From Gemmata obscuriglobus (lineage in GTDB: Bacteria; Planctomycetota; Planctomycetia; Gemmatales; Gemmataceae): a stretch of DNA of 32,000 bases. Numbering within the stretch: position 1 is the stretch's first letter; every line of letters starts with the position of its first letter. The notes beneath the pieces were generated by a model that made no database searches, was not told where the DNA came from, and saw only the letters and a list, made by a program, of their open reading frames with translations. Positions 1 to 9,800 of this stretch are shown in pieces. The DNA lies in contig NZ_CP042911.1 of the NCBI RefSeq assembly GCF_008065095.1, forward strand, positions 6,900,001 through 6,932,000, written 5' to 3'. The translations under genes were made by a program, and so were the position numbers.

Positions 1-125
1 TCGAGCGCATAGGCGCGGCTCCAGAGGGTGCGTGCCGGACGGCAGAGAGCATCCTACCAGACGGCACCGCGCGTCAGAAAGATTGTTCGCGCTCCGGGGC
101 CGGCTCACGCCCCAGAAGGGGCGGA

Positions 126-1283
126 TCACTTCTTGGGGGCGGGTGGCGGCGGGGCCACCGATTCCTTGCGCAGTCTCTCCAGTTCGATCTTCTGGCGCTC
201 GCGCTCCAGCTTCTCGCTGAACAGCTCGTTGGCCTGCTCCTTGCTCGTGATCAGGTACACGCTACCTTTGCGCACGACACGCAGGTCGCACTGGATCGCG
301 AGCAACTCGATGGCCCGGTCGGCTGGCGCGTTCAGCAGTCGGGCGTTGACCGGCAAAAACCTCGCTTCACCGGCTTGGGGCGAAACGACCACGGTGAGGT
401 CGTACGTTTCGGCGAGCCGCGCGACCGTGTCGTTCAGCGCCTTCTCTTTGACGACCATCGACACCAGCGGCTCCTTGAGCCGCGGGCGCCCGCCGTTGTC
501 GGAAATCGCTGACGTATCGAGGGGCGATTTCGCCACGACCGCCGCGTGCCGCACAGGCACGATCTCGATGACACCGTTCTTCACGAGATACGTTGCCCCG
601 AAGCTTTCGAGGATCATGCTCAGGTGCTGGTGGAGGGACTGCCCCCGTAGCGCGGTGGTTATGACAGTCGGCTTTACGTCTCGGATGTTCGGGAACCCCT
701 CGGCGTTAAACGCGCTCTCGTTGACGGCGAACACCAACGAATACTTCTTCGACAGGAACCCGAGCATCTCGAACAGCGGGGTTTCGTTCAGGTTCTTGTT
801 TTCGAGATCAACCTCCGTACTCGCGAGGGTCGTCAGCAGTTGCTCGACCGGATCACCTTTCTTTGCGGGGGCTACGTCCGCTCGAACCGCGCGGAGTGGG
901 ATCACCTCAATGTACTCAGGGCGCAGTTGGTACGTCGCGCCCAGACCCGGCAGCCACGCGCCGAGGAACTCGGCGACCGTGAGCCCGTCCGCGCCCAGGC
1001 TCTTAACCACCGACACCTTGTCCTTGATGTTGACCACCTGCTGCGCTTTGAACTCGTTTTCCAGGAGCACGAAGCTGATGTCGTGGCTCCTGGCGATTTC
1101 GCCGAGCACTTCGGCGAGCGTTTTGGCGCCGACCTTGGAGCCGTCGATCTTGACCTTTTGCTTGAGGCGAGCCGTGAGTGCGTCGGCCGCCCGGTTCTGG
1201 TTGGGTAGGGTCTTGGTGTCGTTGGCGAATCCGGGCGCGAGCACGAGCCCGCACGCGATCACGAGCCACACGAGCCGGGACAT
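126..1283 (-). CDS. Secreted protein with three internal alpha/beta modules (STN/secretin-N-like, tentative) and a coiled C-terminus
   Basis: 385-aa ORF with ATG at 1283. The N-terminal signal peptide is MSRLVWLVIACGLVLAPGFA. Three similar ~90-100 aa modules end in ...ATYQLRPEYIEVIP, ...ATYLVKNGVIEIVP and ...DLRVVRKGSVYLITS. The tail is Glu/Lys/Arg-rich (EKLERERQKIELERLRKE) and ends PPPPAPKK. Amino-acid composition looks like a real protein, unlike the overlapping shadow ORF 28..1302. I recognised no catalytic motif. Confidence 0.7.
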   Translation of the reverse strand: MSRLVWLVIACGLVLAPGFANDTKTLPNQNRAADALTARLKQKVKIDGSKVGAKTLAEVLGEIARSHDISFVLLENEFKAQQVVNIKDKVSVVKSLGADGLTVAEFLGAWLPGLGATYQLRPEYIEVIPLRAVRADVAPAKKGDPVEQLLTTLASTEVDLENKNLNETPLFEMLGFLSKKYSLVFAVNESAFNAEGFPNIRDVKPTVITTALRGQSLHQHLSMILESFGATYLVKNGVIEIVPVRHAAVVAKSPLDTSAISDNGGRPRLKEPLVSMVVKEKALNDTVARLAETYDLTVVVSPQAGEARFLPVNARLLNAPADRAIELLAIQCDLRVVRKGSVYLITSKEQANELFSEKLERERQKIELERLRKESVAPPPPAPKK

Positions 1284-1430
1284 GGAGACCCCCAGGTTTT
1301 AGTTCGGGACGTGGCGCGCCGGCGCTCGGTTGTGCCGGCCGAGGCGTAACGGGGTGGGGCGCTCGGCGTTGGCGGCCCGGGAGGGAATTCGGGGCGCGAG
1401 GGCCGGGGCGGTCCCGCACGCCCCGCCGGG

Positions 1431-4400
1431 TCACGGCCGCGGCTGTGCCTTCTCCAGGAACATGGTTCCGCCGGCCGCTTTGTACGCCTCTTCCAGCGGC
1501 GGGGTGGCTTTGATCAGCTCGTGGTAGCGGTTCCGCACTTCCGGCTGCCACTCCGCGGGGGCGATTCGCTTCTCGATGTCGGCGCACTTCCGCGCGACGT
1601 CGGCGTACGTCTTTTGCAAGTTCGCGGCCTGGGCCGGCCCGCTCCGGAGCTGCTGGTTCGCCACCACGACGCACCGCTGGACGTCGAAGAACGCGTCCGC
1701 GAACGCGTTCCGCGCGTCGACGAGCGCCTGCGGGTCGGACCCCTTTTGTTGCTGCAAGTTGCCGAGCCGGGCGTTCTGGATCTGGAACAGCGTGTTCCAC
1801 TGCTTCACCGCCAGCCCCCACTCCGCGCTCGCCTTTTTCAGGTCCGGTTCGGCCGCCCCCTTGGCCTCGTGCAGTTCGGCCAGGGCCTTGCGGAAGTACA
1901 GCCGGCCGGCGCCCCACCCCGGTTTCTCGTTGGTGCCGACGATCTCGTTGAGCGCCTTTTCGGCGTCGGCGAACTGCTTCAGATCGATGCGGGCCTGGAT
2001 GACGGTGTGCTGGGCGATCGCGTAGTCGCGGATCTGGTTCGTCACCTTGCCGCGCTCCTCCTGCGGGATCTCGTCGGCTTTTTTCTTGTCCCAGTCCTTG
2101 TAGGTCGGGGCCGGGACCGATTTGAGCGTTTCGATGGCGTCCGCCGACTTGCCGATCGACTGGAGCGTCTGGCCGACGAACAGGGTCATCGGGACCGTCA
2201 GCGTCTTCACGCTGCGGATCTTGTCCAGCAGCACGCCGAGCCCGGCGCCGAGGGCCTTGGCCTCGTCGGCCTTGCCCTCTTTCTGGCGGGCGACCATGAG
2301 CGCGGCCAGCTCGCGGGCGACCGGCTCGAGCAGCGGCAGGCTCTCCTCGATCGAGCCGCCGGCCCGGGCCAGCAGGTCCAACATCTTGGCGGCCTCGGGC
2401 GCCTTGCCCTGGCGCACCTGCGTGCGGAACCCGGCCAGGATCACGTCCACGCGGCCCTTGTCGATCGCGGCGGCGAGCTGCGCGACCCGGGCCTTCTGCC
2501 GGTCCTCGGCGCTCGCGCCGCCGCCCAGCCCGGCCCACCCGCGCACCTCCGCGGTCATCAGCGGCCCGTTGGCCGCCACCTGGTCGAGGGTCGGCTTGAT
2601 GAGCGCCATCGAGCCGTCGAACTGCCCGTTGTTGGTCATCGCCCGGGCACGGAGGTAGAGCGCCCGGGTGTACGTATCGAGGGCCAGGTGGTTCAGCTCC
2701 AGCCCGTCGAGGTTGAGCTTCTTGTCCGGGTCCGCGAGGCTCTCGAACGTGGGCACCTCGGCCAGGATCTCTTCGGACAGGAAGAGGGCCCGGTTGAACC
2801 CGGCGTCCCGGGCCTCGGTCTCCGGGTCGGCGCGGTTCTGGGCGAGCATCATGGACGCGAGCCTGCACCGGGCCGACAGGTACCCGCGGACCTCGTCCTC
2901 GGCCGCGATGAGCGCCGGCTTCGGCACCTTCGCCAGCTCGCCGGTGGCCCGGCGGAACAGGTCGGCCTTCTGCTCCTTGGACAGCTTCGAGTCCAGCGGC
3001 GCCACCAGTTGCGAGACGACGTACCCCTGGAGCAGGCGGGCGCCGGTGAGCTGGGCGTACCCGGGCCGCACCCTCACCAGCACCTCGTAGGCCTCCATGA
3101 GCTTGTTCTCGTCGGCGAGCAGCCCCGCGAGCCGGTGCCGGGCGGCGTCGGTGGCGGCGTCGTTGGGGTACCGCTCGTCGAGGAACCGGGCCAGCGCGAC
3201 GGCCCGGTCGCGGTCGGTCCGGCGGGCGGCGCCGATGGCCTCCGGGCTGTCCCCGCGGGCGGCGCGGCTGGCGCTGACGTACCCGCCGATCGCGAGCAGC
3301 CCGGCGATGGCCGGCTTGCCCCCGGTGCTCTTGACGGTGTGGGCCACGTGGTCGCCCAGCACCGCGGCCTGGTAGAACTGGTCGTTTTGCAGGTAGTAGT
3401 AGATCAGCCGCAGTTGCACGTCGGTCACGTCGGCCGGGGCGTCCTGCGGGGTGACCAGCTCGCGGGCGCGCTCGAGCAGGGCGATCACCCGGTCCCGGAC
3501 CCGCTTCACCTCGGCCCGGGCCGCGTCGCGGGCCGCCGGGGCCGCCTTCGGGTCGCCGAGCGCCTGCTGCTCCTTGTCCTCGGCGGCGGTCAGCTTGCCG
3601 AGCTGGATGAGGGACGCCATCTGGGCCTTCTCGAAGGTCGCGTAGGCGAGCGGGTTCTGGTCCGCCTCGCCGAGCAGCCGCCGCACCGCGCTCACGCGGT
3701 ACCGGGCCGCCCGGGCGGTGTACTCGTGGTCGCTCTGGGCCAGCTTGCGGTAGATCCGCTCGGCCTCCTCGTACAGCCGGCGGGCGGTCTCGCTCGGGAC
3801 GACGGCGGTGGCCGGGGGCTTGGGCGGCGGGGTGATCGCGTCGGCCTGGAAGTGGAGCGTGCGGGCCAGGAAGTAGTTGACCGCGAACACCTCGGGCGTC
3901 GGCCGGCGGGCGCTCCCGTACTGCCGCAGCCACTCCCGCATCTCGCCGACGCTGGCGCTGATCTTGGCCGCCGAGCGCTCCGTCAGCGCGGCCCGCGCGT
4001 TGCGCCGCAACTGGAAGAACCGGGCCAGCCGCTTGCCGTCCTCGGCCTCGGCCAGGTTCGAGCGGAGCACGGCGTTGACCTCGGCGGCGGCCGCGGCGGC
4101 GTCGCTCTGCTCGTACATCACTTCGGCGTGCCACGCTCGCGCCACCCACACCGCGCGGTTGGTCTGCGCGCCCTTGCTGAGCCGGTTGAACGTCTCCTTG
4201 GCGACGCCCAGGAACTTAGCCCGTTCCGTCTTCTGTGGGCCGGTGAGGGCCTCGTCGGGCATGTACGTTTCGGCGATGTTGAACTGGTTGATGCCGCTCG
4301 CCAGCTCGGCCTCGAACGCCTCGCGCTCCAGTACCCGGCGGGGGCCGGCGTCGAGCGCCTTGTCCTCGATCTGGGTTTTGAACCGCGCGGACGCCTCGGC

Positions 4401-4934
4401 GAACCGCTTGGACGCGAGCTGGAACAGCGGCCGCGCCCGGGCGGCCTCGGCCGCCTGCTTCTGGACCGCCTGCTCGCGGTTGCGGCCCTCGGCCGCGTCG
4501 TCGCCCGCCGGGGGCACCTCCATTTTCCGGGCGCGGCTCAAAATCTCCTTGGCGTCAAGCGACGTGAGCCGCGCCACCGACAGGAGCCCTTCGACCGCCC
4601 GCGGGTGCTTCGGGTGGTTCTGGACGAACGCGTTCAGCCCCTCCTTCGCCTGCGCGATCATGCCCTGCCGGGTGCCCTCGTCGGGCTCTTCCTCGGACGC
4701 TTCGAGCAGGCACTTGGACCGCTCCAGCAGCAGCGCGGCCTTGTCGTCCCCGGACAGCGGCTTGCCCTCGATCTCCTTGAGGTACTCGACGGCCAGGTCG
4801 AGTTGGCCGTTCTCGCGCAGCCCGCGGGCCAGTTCGAGCGGCCCCGGCGGCTGTGCGGCGGCCGGGCTGGTGAGCGCCGCCGCGAGCGCGACGGCCCCGA
4901 GCCACGGTCGAAGGGAGAGGGTGCGTAATGGCAT
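1431..4934 (-). CDS. Large secreted helical-repeat (TPR/Sel1-like) protein, function unknown
   Basis: The ORF is open to 5276, but the ATG at 4934 gives a classical signal peptide, MPLRTLSLRPWLGAVALAAALTSPAAAQPP. The ~1167-aa product has Ala/Leu/Glu/Arg-rich, all-helical repeat composition. It lies 147 nt upstream of, and co-directional with, the 126..1283 gene. The overlapping long ORFs 1003..4149(-) and 1521..4928(+) are Arg/Pro/Gly-rich shadows. Confidence 0.75.
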   Translation of the reverse strand: MPLRTLSLRPWLGAVALAAALTSPAAAQPPGPLELARGLRENGQLDLAVEYLKEIEGKPLSGDDKAALLLERSKCLLEASEEEPDEGTRQGMIAQAKEGLNAFVQNHPKHPRAVEGLLSVARLTSLDAKEILSRARKMEVPPAGDDAAEGRNREQAVQKQAAEAARARPLFQLASKRFAEASARFKTQIEDKALDAGPRRVLEREAFEAELASGINQFNIAETYMPDEALTGPQKTERAKFLGVAKETFNRLSKGAQTNRAVWVARAWHAEVMYEQSDAAAAAAEVNAVLRSNLAEAEDGKRLARFFQLRRNARAALTERSAAKISASVGEMREWLRQYGSARRPTPEVFAVNYFLARTLHFQADAITPPPKPPATAVVPSETARRLYEEAERIYRKLAQSDHEYTARAARYRVSAVRRLLGEADQNPLAYATFEKAQMASLIQLGKLTAAEDKEQQALGDPKAAPAARDAARAEVKRVRDRVIALLERARELVTPQDAPADVTDVQLRLIYYYLQNDQFYQAAVLGDHVAHTVKSTGGKPAIAGLLAIGGYVSASRAARGDSPEAIGAARRTDRDRAVALARFLDERYPNDAATDAARHRLAGLLADENKLMEAYEVLVRVRPGYAQLTGARLLQGYVVSQLVAPLDSKLSKEQKADLFRRATGELAKVPKPALIAAEDEVRGYLSARCRLASMMLAQNRADPETEARDAGFNRALFLSEEILAEVPTFESLADPDKKLNLDGLELNHLALDTYTRALYLRARAMTNNGQFDGSMALIKPTLDQVAANGPLMTAEVRGWAGLGGGASAEDRQKARVAQLAAAIDKGRVDVILAGFRTQVRQGKAPEAAKMLDLLARAGGSIEESLPLLEPVARELAALMVARQKEGKADEAKALGAGLGVLLDKIRSVKTLTVPMTLFVGQTLQSIGKSADAIETLKSVPAPTYKDWDKKKADEIPQEERGKVTNQIRDYAIAQHTVIQARIDLKQFADAEKALNEIVGTNEKPGWGAGRLYFRKALAELHEAKGAAEPDLKKASAEWGLAVKQWNTLFQIQNARLGNLQQQKGSDPQALVDARNAFADAFFDVQRCVVVANQQLRSGPAQAANLQKTYADVARKCADIEKRIAPAEWQPEVRNRYHELIKATPPLEEAYKAAGGTMFLEKAQPRP

Positions 4935-5190
4935 GACGGCTTCCGGTTCGTCGGGTGTGCGAGCGAGAAGTGGGTCTACCGGTGTTGGACGGGCGCGGGA
5001 CCGGTTGAGTTCCCAGACCTGAATTGTGCCCGCTCGGCGCGCCGCGGGCAAGTGCCGGGCGCCGGCGGCGCGTTTTCGCGTTCCTGAGATGGTGGGCCGG
5101 GCGCGGGGGCCGCTTCTGACGAGCCGCGAACGCCGGTCACGTGTACGAGAACGGGCGGCTTTTTGCGGCCCGTGCGGGGCACAGGTTTCG

Positions 5191-5287
5191 GAAGGCCATT
5201 TTTGACAGGATCGACAGGACGAACAGGATGAAGACTGACCGATTTTAAATCCTGTTCGTCCTGTCGATCCTGTCAAAAATGGCCTTC
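5191..5287. repeat. Perfect 39-bp inverted repeat with a 19-nt spacer (large hairpin or palindromic repeat element)
   Basis: Left arm 5191-5229, gaaggccatttttgacaggatcgacaggacgaacaggat, is the exact reverse complement of right arm 5249-5287. Each arm carries three ACAGGA-containing 9-bp sub-repeats (gacaggat / cgacaggac / gaacaggat). The spacer is AT-rich (gattttaa). The element is intergenic, 164 nt downstream of the sppA stop and ~257 nt upstream of the 4934 start. Confidence 0.9.
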
Positions 5288-5451
5288 ATCCCACCGCGTT
5301 CGTGTCCCGTTCCGGGCGGGTCGGGGCCGTCAAGAAATGCGACACGACCACCGGGCACGTTTCTAAGTTGGTGGGCCGGGCGAGTGGAACCGGTGCGTTC
5401 GCCGGGTGGTCGCGGGCGGCGCGGCTCCGGGCCGGGGCCGCGCCGCCGGGA

Positions 5452-6537
5452 CTATTTCCCGCCCAGCCTTTCCATGGTGAGTTCGGGCTGCCACACGCTC
5501 AGGAAGGTCGGCAGTTTCGCGCGGTCGATCCCGGGCACCGACGGGAACAGCCCGGCCCCCTGGAGGGGGATGTTGGCCGTGACAGCGTACACCGAGCGGG
5601 CGGGGTCGTTGGTCCGCCGGTACATCACCACGCCGGGCCGCGCGGGGCCGCCGGGGCACCCCATCTGGGCCGCGACGCTTATGGCGTCGTCGAGGCTGCC
5701 GACCGCGTCCACCAGGTTCCGCGCCTTGGCCTGTTCCGCGGTGAGGATGCGTCCGTCGAAGGTGCGGCCGCGGTCCAGATTCCAGCCGAACATCGACCCC
5801 TCGAACGGCGTCTCGAGCCGCTCCACCACACCGGGCCGGCTCCGCCGGATGTCCGCGGCCAGCCGGTCGCGGAACTCGTCCGCCATCGCCTGGAGCAGCT
5901 CGCGCTCGCCATCGGTGAGCCGCCGCGCGGAGGTGCCGATGTCGGTCCGCTCGCCGGATTTAATGAGCTGCGGGCGGACGTTCACCATGCCCATCAAGTC
6001 CTGCAGGTTGAACAGGTTCAGGACGACGCCGAGGCCGCCGGTGACCGTCGCCGGCCCCGCGACGATGTGGTCCGCGGCGGAGGCGAGGTAATACGCCCCG
6101 CCGGTCGCGGTATCCATCAGGCACGCGACCACCGGGAGCCGGGTGCGGGCCTTGAACTGTTCGAGGTCGTGGCGCATCGCGATGCACGCCGCGACCCCGC
6201 CCCCGGGGCTGTTGATCCGTAGAACAACCGCTTTCGCGCACGGGTCGCACGCGACCGCTTCGAGCTTCTCGCGAAACAGGGCCACCGGGTTCTCGCCCAC
6301 CGAGAGCGGCCCCACGAACGGCGTGTTGAGGATCAGGCCGTCCACGTCGACCAGGGCGATGCGGGGCGCCCCGCCCTGGACGAGGACCGGCTTTACGTGC
6401 CCGGCGCTCGGGCTCACGGGCGGGGTGTCGAGACGCGTCTCGACGTTCCCGGCGACCCGGGTTTTGAGCTGGAACCGCTCGTTGTTGCACCCGATCGCGA
6501 GTGGGACTGTGAGGAGCGTGAGGAGAATGACGCGCAT
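5452..6537 (-). CDS. sppA: Signal peptide peptidase SppA-type (peptidase family S49) lipoprotein
   Basis: 361-aa ORF. The N-terminus MRVILLTLLTVPLAIGC carries a lipobox-like LAIGC. S49/ClpP-fold motifs are present: VVLRINSPGGGVAA, TGGAYYLASAADHIVAGPATVTGGLGVV and LIKSGERTD. Confidence 0.8.
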   Translation of the reverse strand: MRVILLTLLTVPLAIGCNNERFQLKTRVAGNVETRLDTPPVSPSAGHVKPVLVQGGAPRIALVDVDGLILNTPFVGPLSVGENPVALFREKLEAVACDPCAKAVVLRINSPGGGVAACIAMRHDLEQFKARTRLPVVACLMDTATGGAYYLASAADHIVAGPATVTGGLGVVLNLFNLQDLMGMVNVRPQLIKSGERTDIGTSARRLTDGERELLQAMADEFRDRLAADIRRSRPGVVERLETPFEGSMFGWNLDRGRTFDGRILTAEQAKARNLVDAVGSLDDAISVAAQMGCPGGPARPGVVMYRRTNDPARSVYAVTANIPLQGAGLFPSVPGIDRAKLPTFLSVWQPELTMERLGGK

Positions 6538-6877
6538 GTGCCGTCCCTTGCTCGGAGCCCGTGGACTGTCGAATTACTCGGTGTTATCGGCACCGCCGGA
6601 CTTACCGAATCAGCCCAATTTCGGCATAACACATGCACTCCCTACAACCCGCCGTTTCGGACAGATCGTGCTGTTCCCGAAAGCAGATTACAGTTTGCTT
6701 CTAAGTCTCAATGTGCCATAGCTCTCCACGTTGCCCAATTTGCCAAACCGACTCTGACTTCCGATACTGACGGTTGAGACGCGAGCGGCGGCCCGACGCT
6801 CGCGCGGATTGATGTCGGGAACGTGACCCGACTTCGAGACATTCCGGACACGGAGGTCGAAGCCCTCGAGGCGAGTA

Positions 6878-9800
6878 ATGGAATCGCGCGACATCATCGT
6901 TCTTTCTCCTTCGGGTGCCGCCGATCCGTCGCTCGCTATCGCCGCCTGCCGGGCGGGCGCGTGCGGGGTGCTGGATCTCGAGTTCGCCACCCGCGCCGCG
7001 GCCGAGCCGGCACTGGCCAAACTGGCAAAGTTCGCAACCGGGTTCGGCGTCCAGCTCCGTGCCGACGCCGCCGACCTGTTCGACCTCGTGGCCGGGTTCA
7101 AGCCCGCGGTGGTGATCCTGGCCGGCGCGGACTCGCCCGCGCTCATTTCCCGCATCAACGACCTGAAGCGACAAAATGTGGCGGTCCTGCGCGAGGCGGT
7201 CAGCGTCGCGGAAGCCGCGCGCGCGGTCGAACTCGGCGCGGCGGGCGTCGTGCTGAAGGGCCACGAGGCCGGCGGGCGGGTCGGCGCGGACACGTCGTTC
7301 GTGCTGATCCAGAAGTGGCGGCACCGGTCCGAGAAGAGCGGCACCGATATCCCGTTCTGGGTGCGCGGCGGGGCCGGCACGCACACGGCGGCGGCGTGCC
7401 TCGCCGGCGGCGCGCGGGGGCTGGTTCTCGACTCGCAGGTCCTGCTCACGCGCGAATCGGCCGTGTCGGACGGGCTCCGCAAACGCATCGGCGGGCTGGA
7501 CGGGGGCGAGGCCCTCGTGCTCGGGTCGCGGCTCGGCGAGGCGTACCGGATTTACGCCCGCCCGGACTGCGCCGGCGCACAGGAGCTGGCGAAGGACGAC
7601 GAGCGGCTTCAGCACGCCGCGCTTTCGGCCGAAGAGAAGCTGACCGCGTGGCGCGACGCGGTTCGCGCCCGGGTCGCGGCCGATCCGGCGGACGGCGTGT
7701 GGCTGGTCGGGCAGGACGTCGTGACCGCGGCGCCGCTGGCGGCGAAGGGCGTGACCGTCGCCGGTGTGGTGCAGCTCCTGTGCGAGCGCGCCGGTAAGGC
7801 GCTGGAATCGGCGAAGCGGCTGGGGCACCTGCGGCCCGACGCGCCGCTCGCGAAGGCGCACGGGACGAAGTACCCGATCCTGCAAGGCCCGATGACCCGC
7901 GTCAGCGACACCGCCGCGTTCGCCGCGAGCGTCGCGGGCGGCGGGGCGCTGCCGTTCCTCGCCCTGGCCCTTCTCCGCAAGGCAGAAACCGAAAAGCTCC
8001 TCGCGGAAACGAAGGCGAAGCTCGGCAACCGGCCGTGGGGCGTCGGCATCCTCGGGTTCGCCCCGAACGAGATCCGGGCCGAGCAGCTCGAAGCGATCCG
8101 CGCGTACAAGCCGCCGTTCGCGATCATCGCGGGCGGGCGCCCGGACCAGGCGCGTCAGCTCGAAGCGATGGGCACGCCGACGTACCTGCACGTGCCGGCG
8201 CCCGGCCTGCTGAAGATGTTCCTCAAGGACGGCGCGAAGCGGTTCATCTTCGAGGGGCAGGAGTGCGGCGGGCACATCGGCCCGCGGACCAGTTTCGCGC
8301 TTTGGGAGGCGATGGTCGAGGTGCTGCTGGAGCACATCGGGATGCGCCCGGCCGACGACCTGCACGTCGTATTCGCCGGCGGCATCCACGACGCGCGCTC
8401 GGCGAGCATGGTGGCCGCGCTGAGCGCACCGCTGGCCGAGAAGGGCGTGAAGGTCGGGGTGCTGCTCGGCACCGCGTACCTGTTCACCGAGGAGGCCGTG
8501 AAGGGCGGGGCGATCACCGCGCGGTTTCAAAAGGAAGCGCTCGCGTGCGGCGACACGGTGCTGCTGGAGACCGGCCCGGGGCACGCGATCCGCTGCATCC
8601 CGACGCCCTATGCCGACACATTCGAGGTCGAAAAGCGCAAGCTCCGCGCCGAGGGCAAATCGCCGCTGGAGGTGGGAATCGCGCTGGAGCGGATGAACCT
8701 CGGGCGGCTGCGGGTGGCGAGCAAGGGCGTGGACCGCGCCGCGTCGGTCAACGGCAACGGCAGCGGGCTCGCGGACGTGAGCGGGGACGACCAGTTCCAG
8801 CGCGGCATGTACATGATCGGCCAGGTGGCCGCGCTGTGGGACCGCGTCACCACCATCCCCGAGCTGCACGCGAACGTCTGCGACAGCGTCGTCCTCCCGG
8901 AGTCGGCGCTGAGTTCCCTCCACATCGAGCCCGAAGCGCCCCCGCCGTGCGACGTCGCGATCGTCGGGCTGTCGTGCTTCTACCCCGGCTCCACGTCGCT
9001 GTGGGGGTACTGGGAGAACATCCTCGCGAAGACCAACGCGGTCATCGAGATCCCGCCGAGTCACTGGGACTGGCGCCCGTACTACGACCCGGACCCCCGC
9101 GCCCGCGACAAGATGGTGTCGAAGTGGGGCGGGTTCATGTCGGACATCACGTTCGACCCGCTCAAGTACGGCATCACGCCGAAGAGCATCCCGAACATCG
9201 AGCCGCTCCAGCTCCTGCTGCTCGAAGCGGTCAACCAGGCGCTGGGCGACGCCGGCTACCTGGAGCGGCCGTTCAGCCGCGAGCGAACGTGCGCGATCCT
9301 GGGCGTGGGCGGCGGCGGGATGCCGCTGTCGGTGGCCTACGGGTTCCGCGCCTGTATGCCGCTGCTCGACTCGATCCCCGGCGTGCCGGTGAAGTCGCAG
9401 CAGATCGTCGACCTGGGCGAGGGAATGCTCCCCGAGTGGACCGAGGACTCGTTCCCGGGCATCCTGCTGAACGTCGCCGCGGGCCGGGTCGCGAACCGGT
9501 TCAACCTGGGCGGCCCGAACATGGCGATCGACGCCGCGTGCGGCTCGTCGCTGGCCGCGCTCTACGCCGGGGTGCGCGAGCTTCAGGACAACACCAGCGA
9601 TGTCGCCATCGTGATGGGCGGCGACGCGGTCCAGACCCCCTACGCCTACGTCGCGTTCTCCAAGACGCACGCGCTCAGCCCGAAGGGCCGGTGCCGCCCG
9701 TTCGACGCCGACGCCGACGGCATCGCGCTGGCCGAAGGGGTCGGCGTCGCGGTGCTGAAGCGGCTCGCGGACGCGGAGCGCGACGGCGACCGGATTTACG

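Noticed and set aside
1003-4928. Very long ORFs overlapping the 1431..4934 gene (1003..4149 minus, 1048 aa; 1521..4928 plus, 1135 aa; also 28..1302 plus)
   Set aside because: Their translations are extremely Arg/Pro/Gly/Ala-rich with no motifs. These are typical shadow ORFs in alternative frames of a high-GC gene, and the 1431..4934 frame has protein-like composition and a signal peptide.
5452-6537. Possible replacement of the SppA catalytic Ser by Thr (TATGGAYYLASAAD versus B. subtilis MAASGGYYISTAAD)
   Set aside because: This rests on a by-eye alignment containing a 1-residue indel at exactly the critical position. I cannot place the nucleophile reliably without a profile alignment, so I do not claim it.
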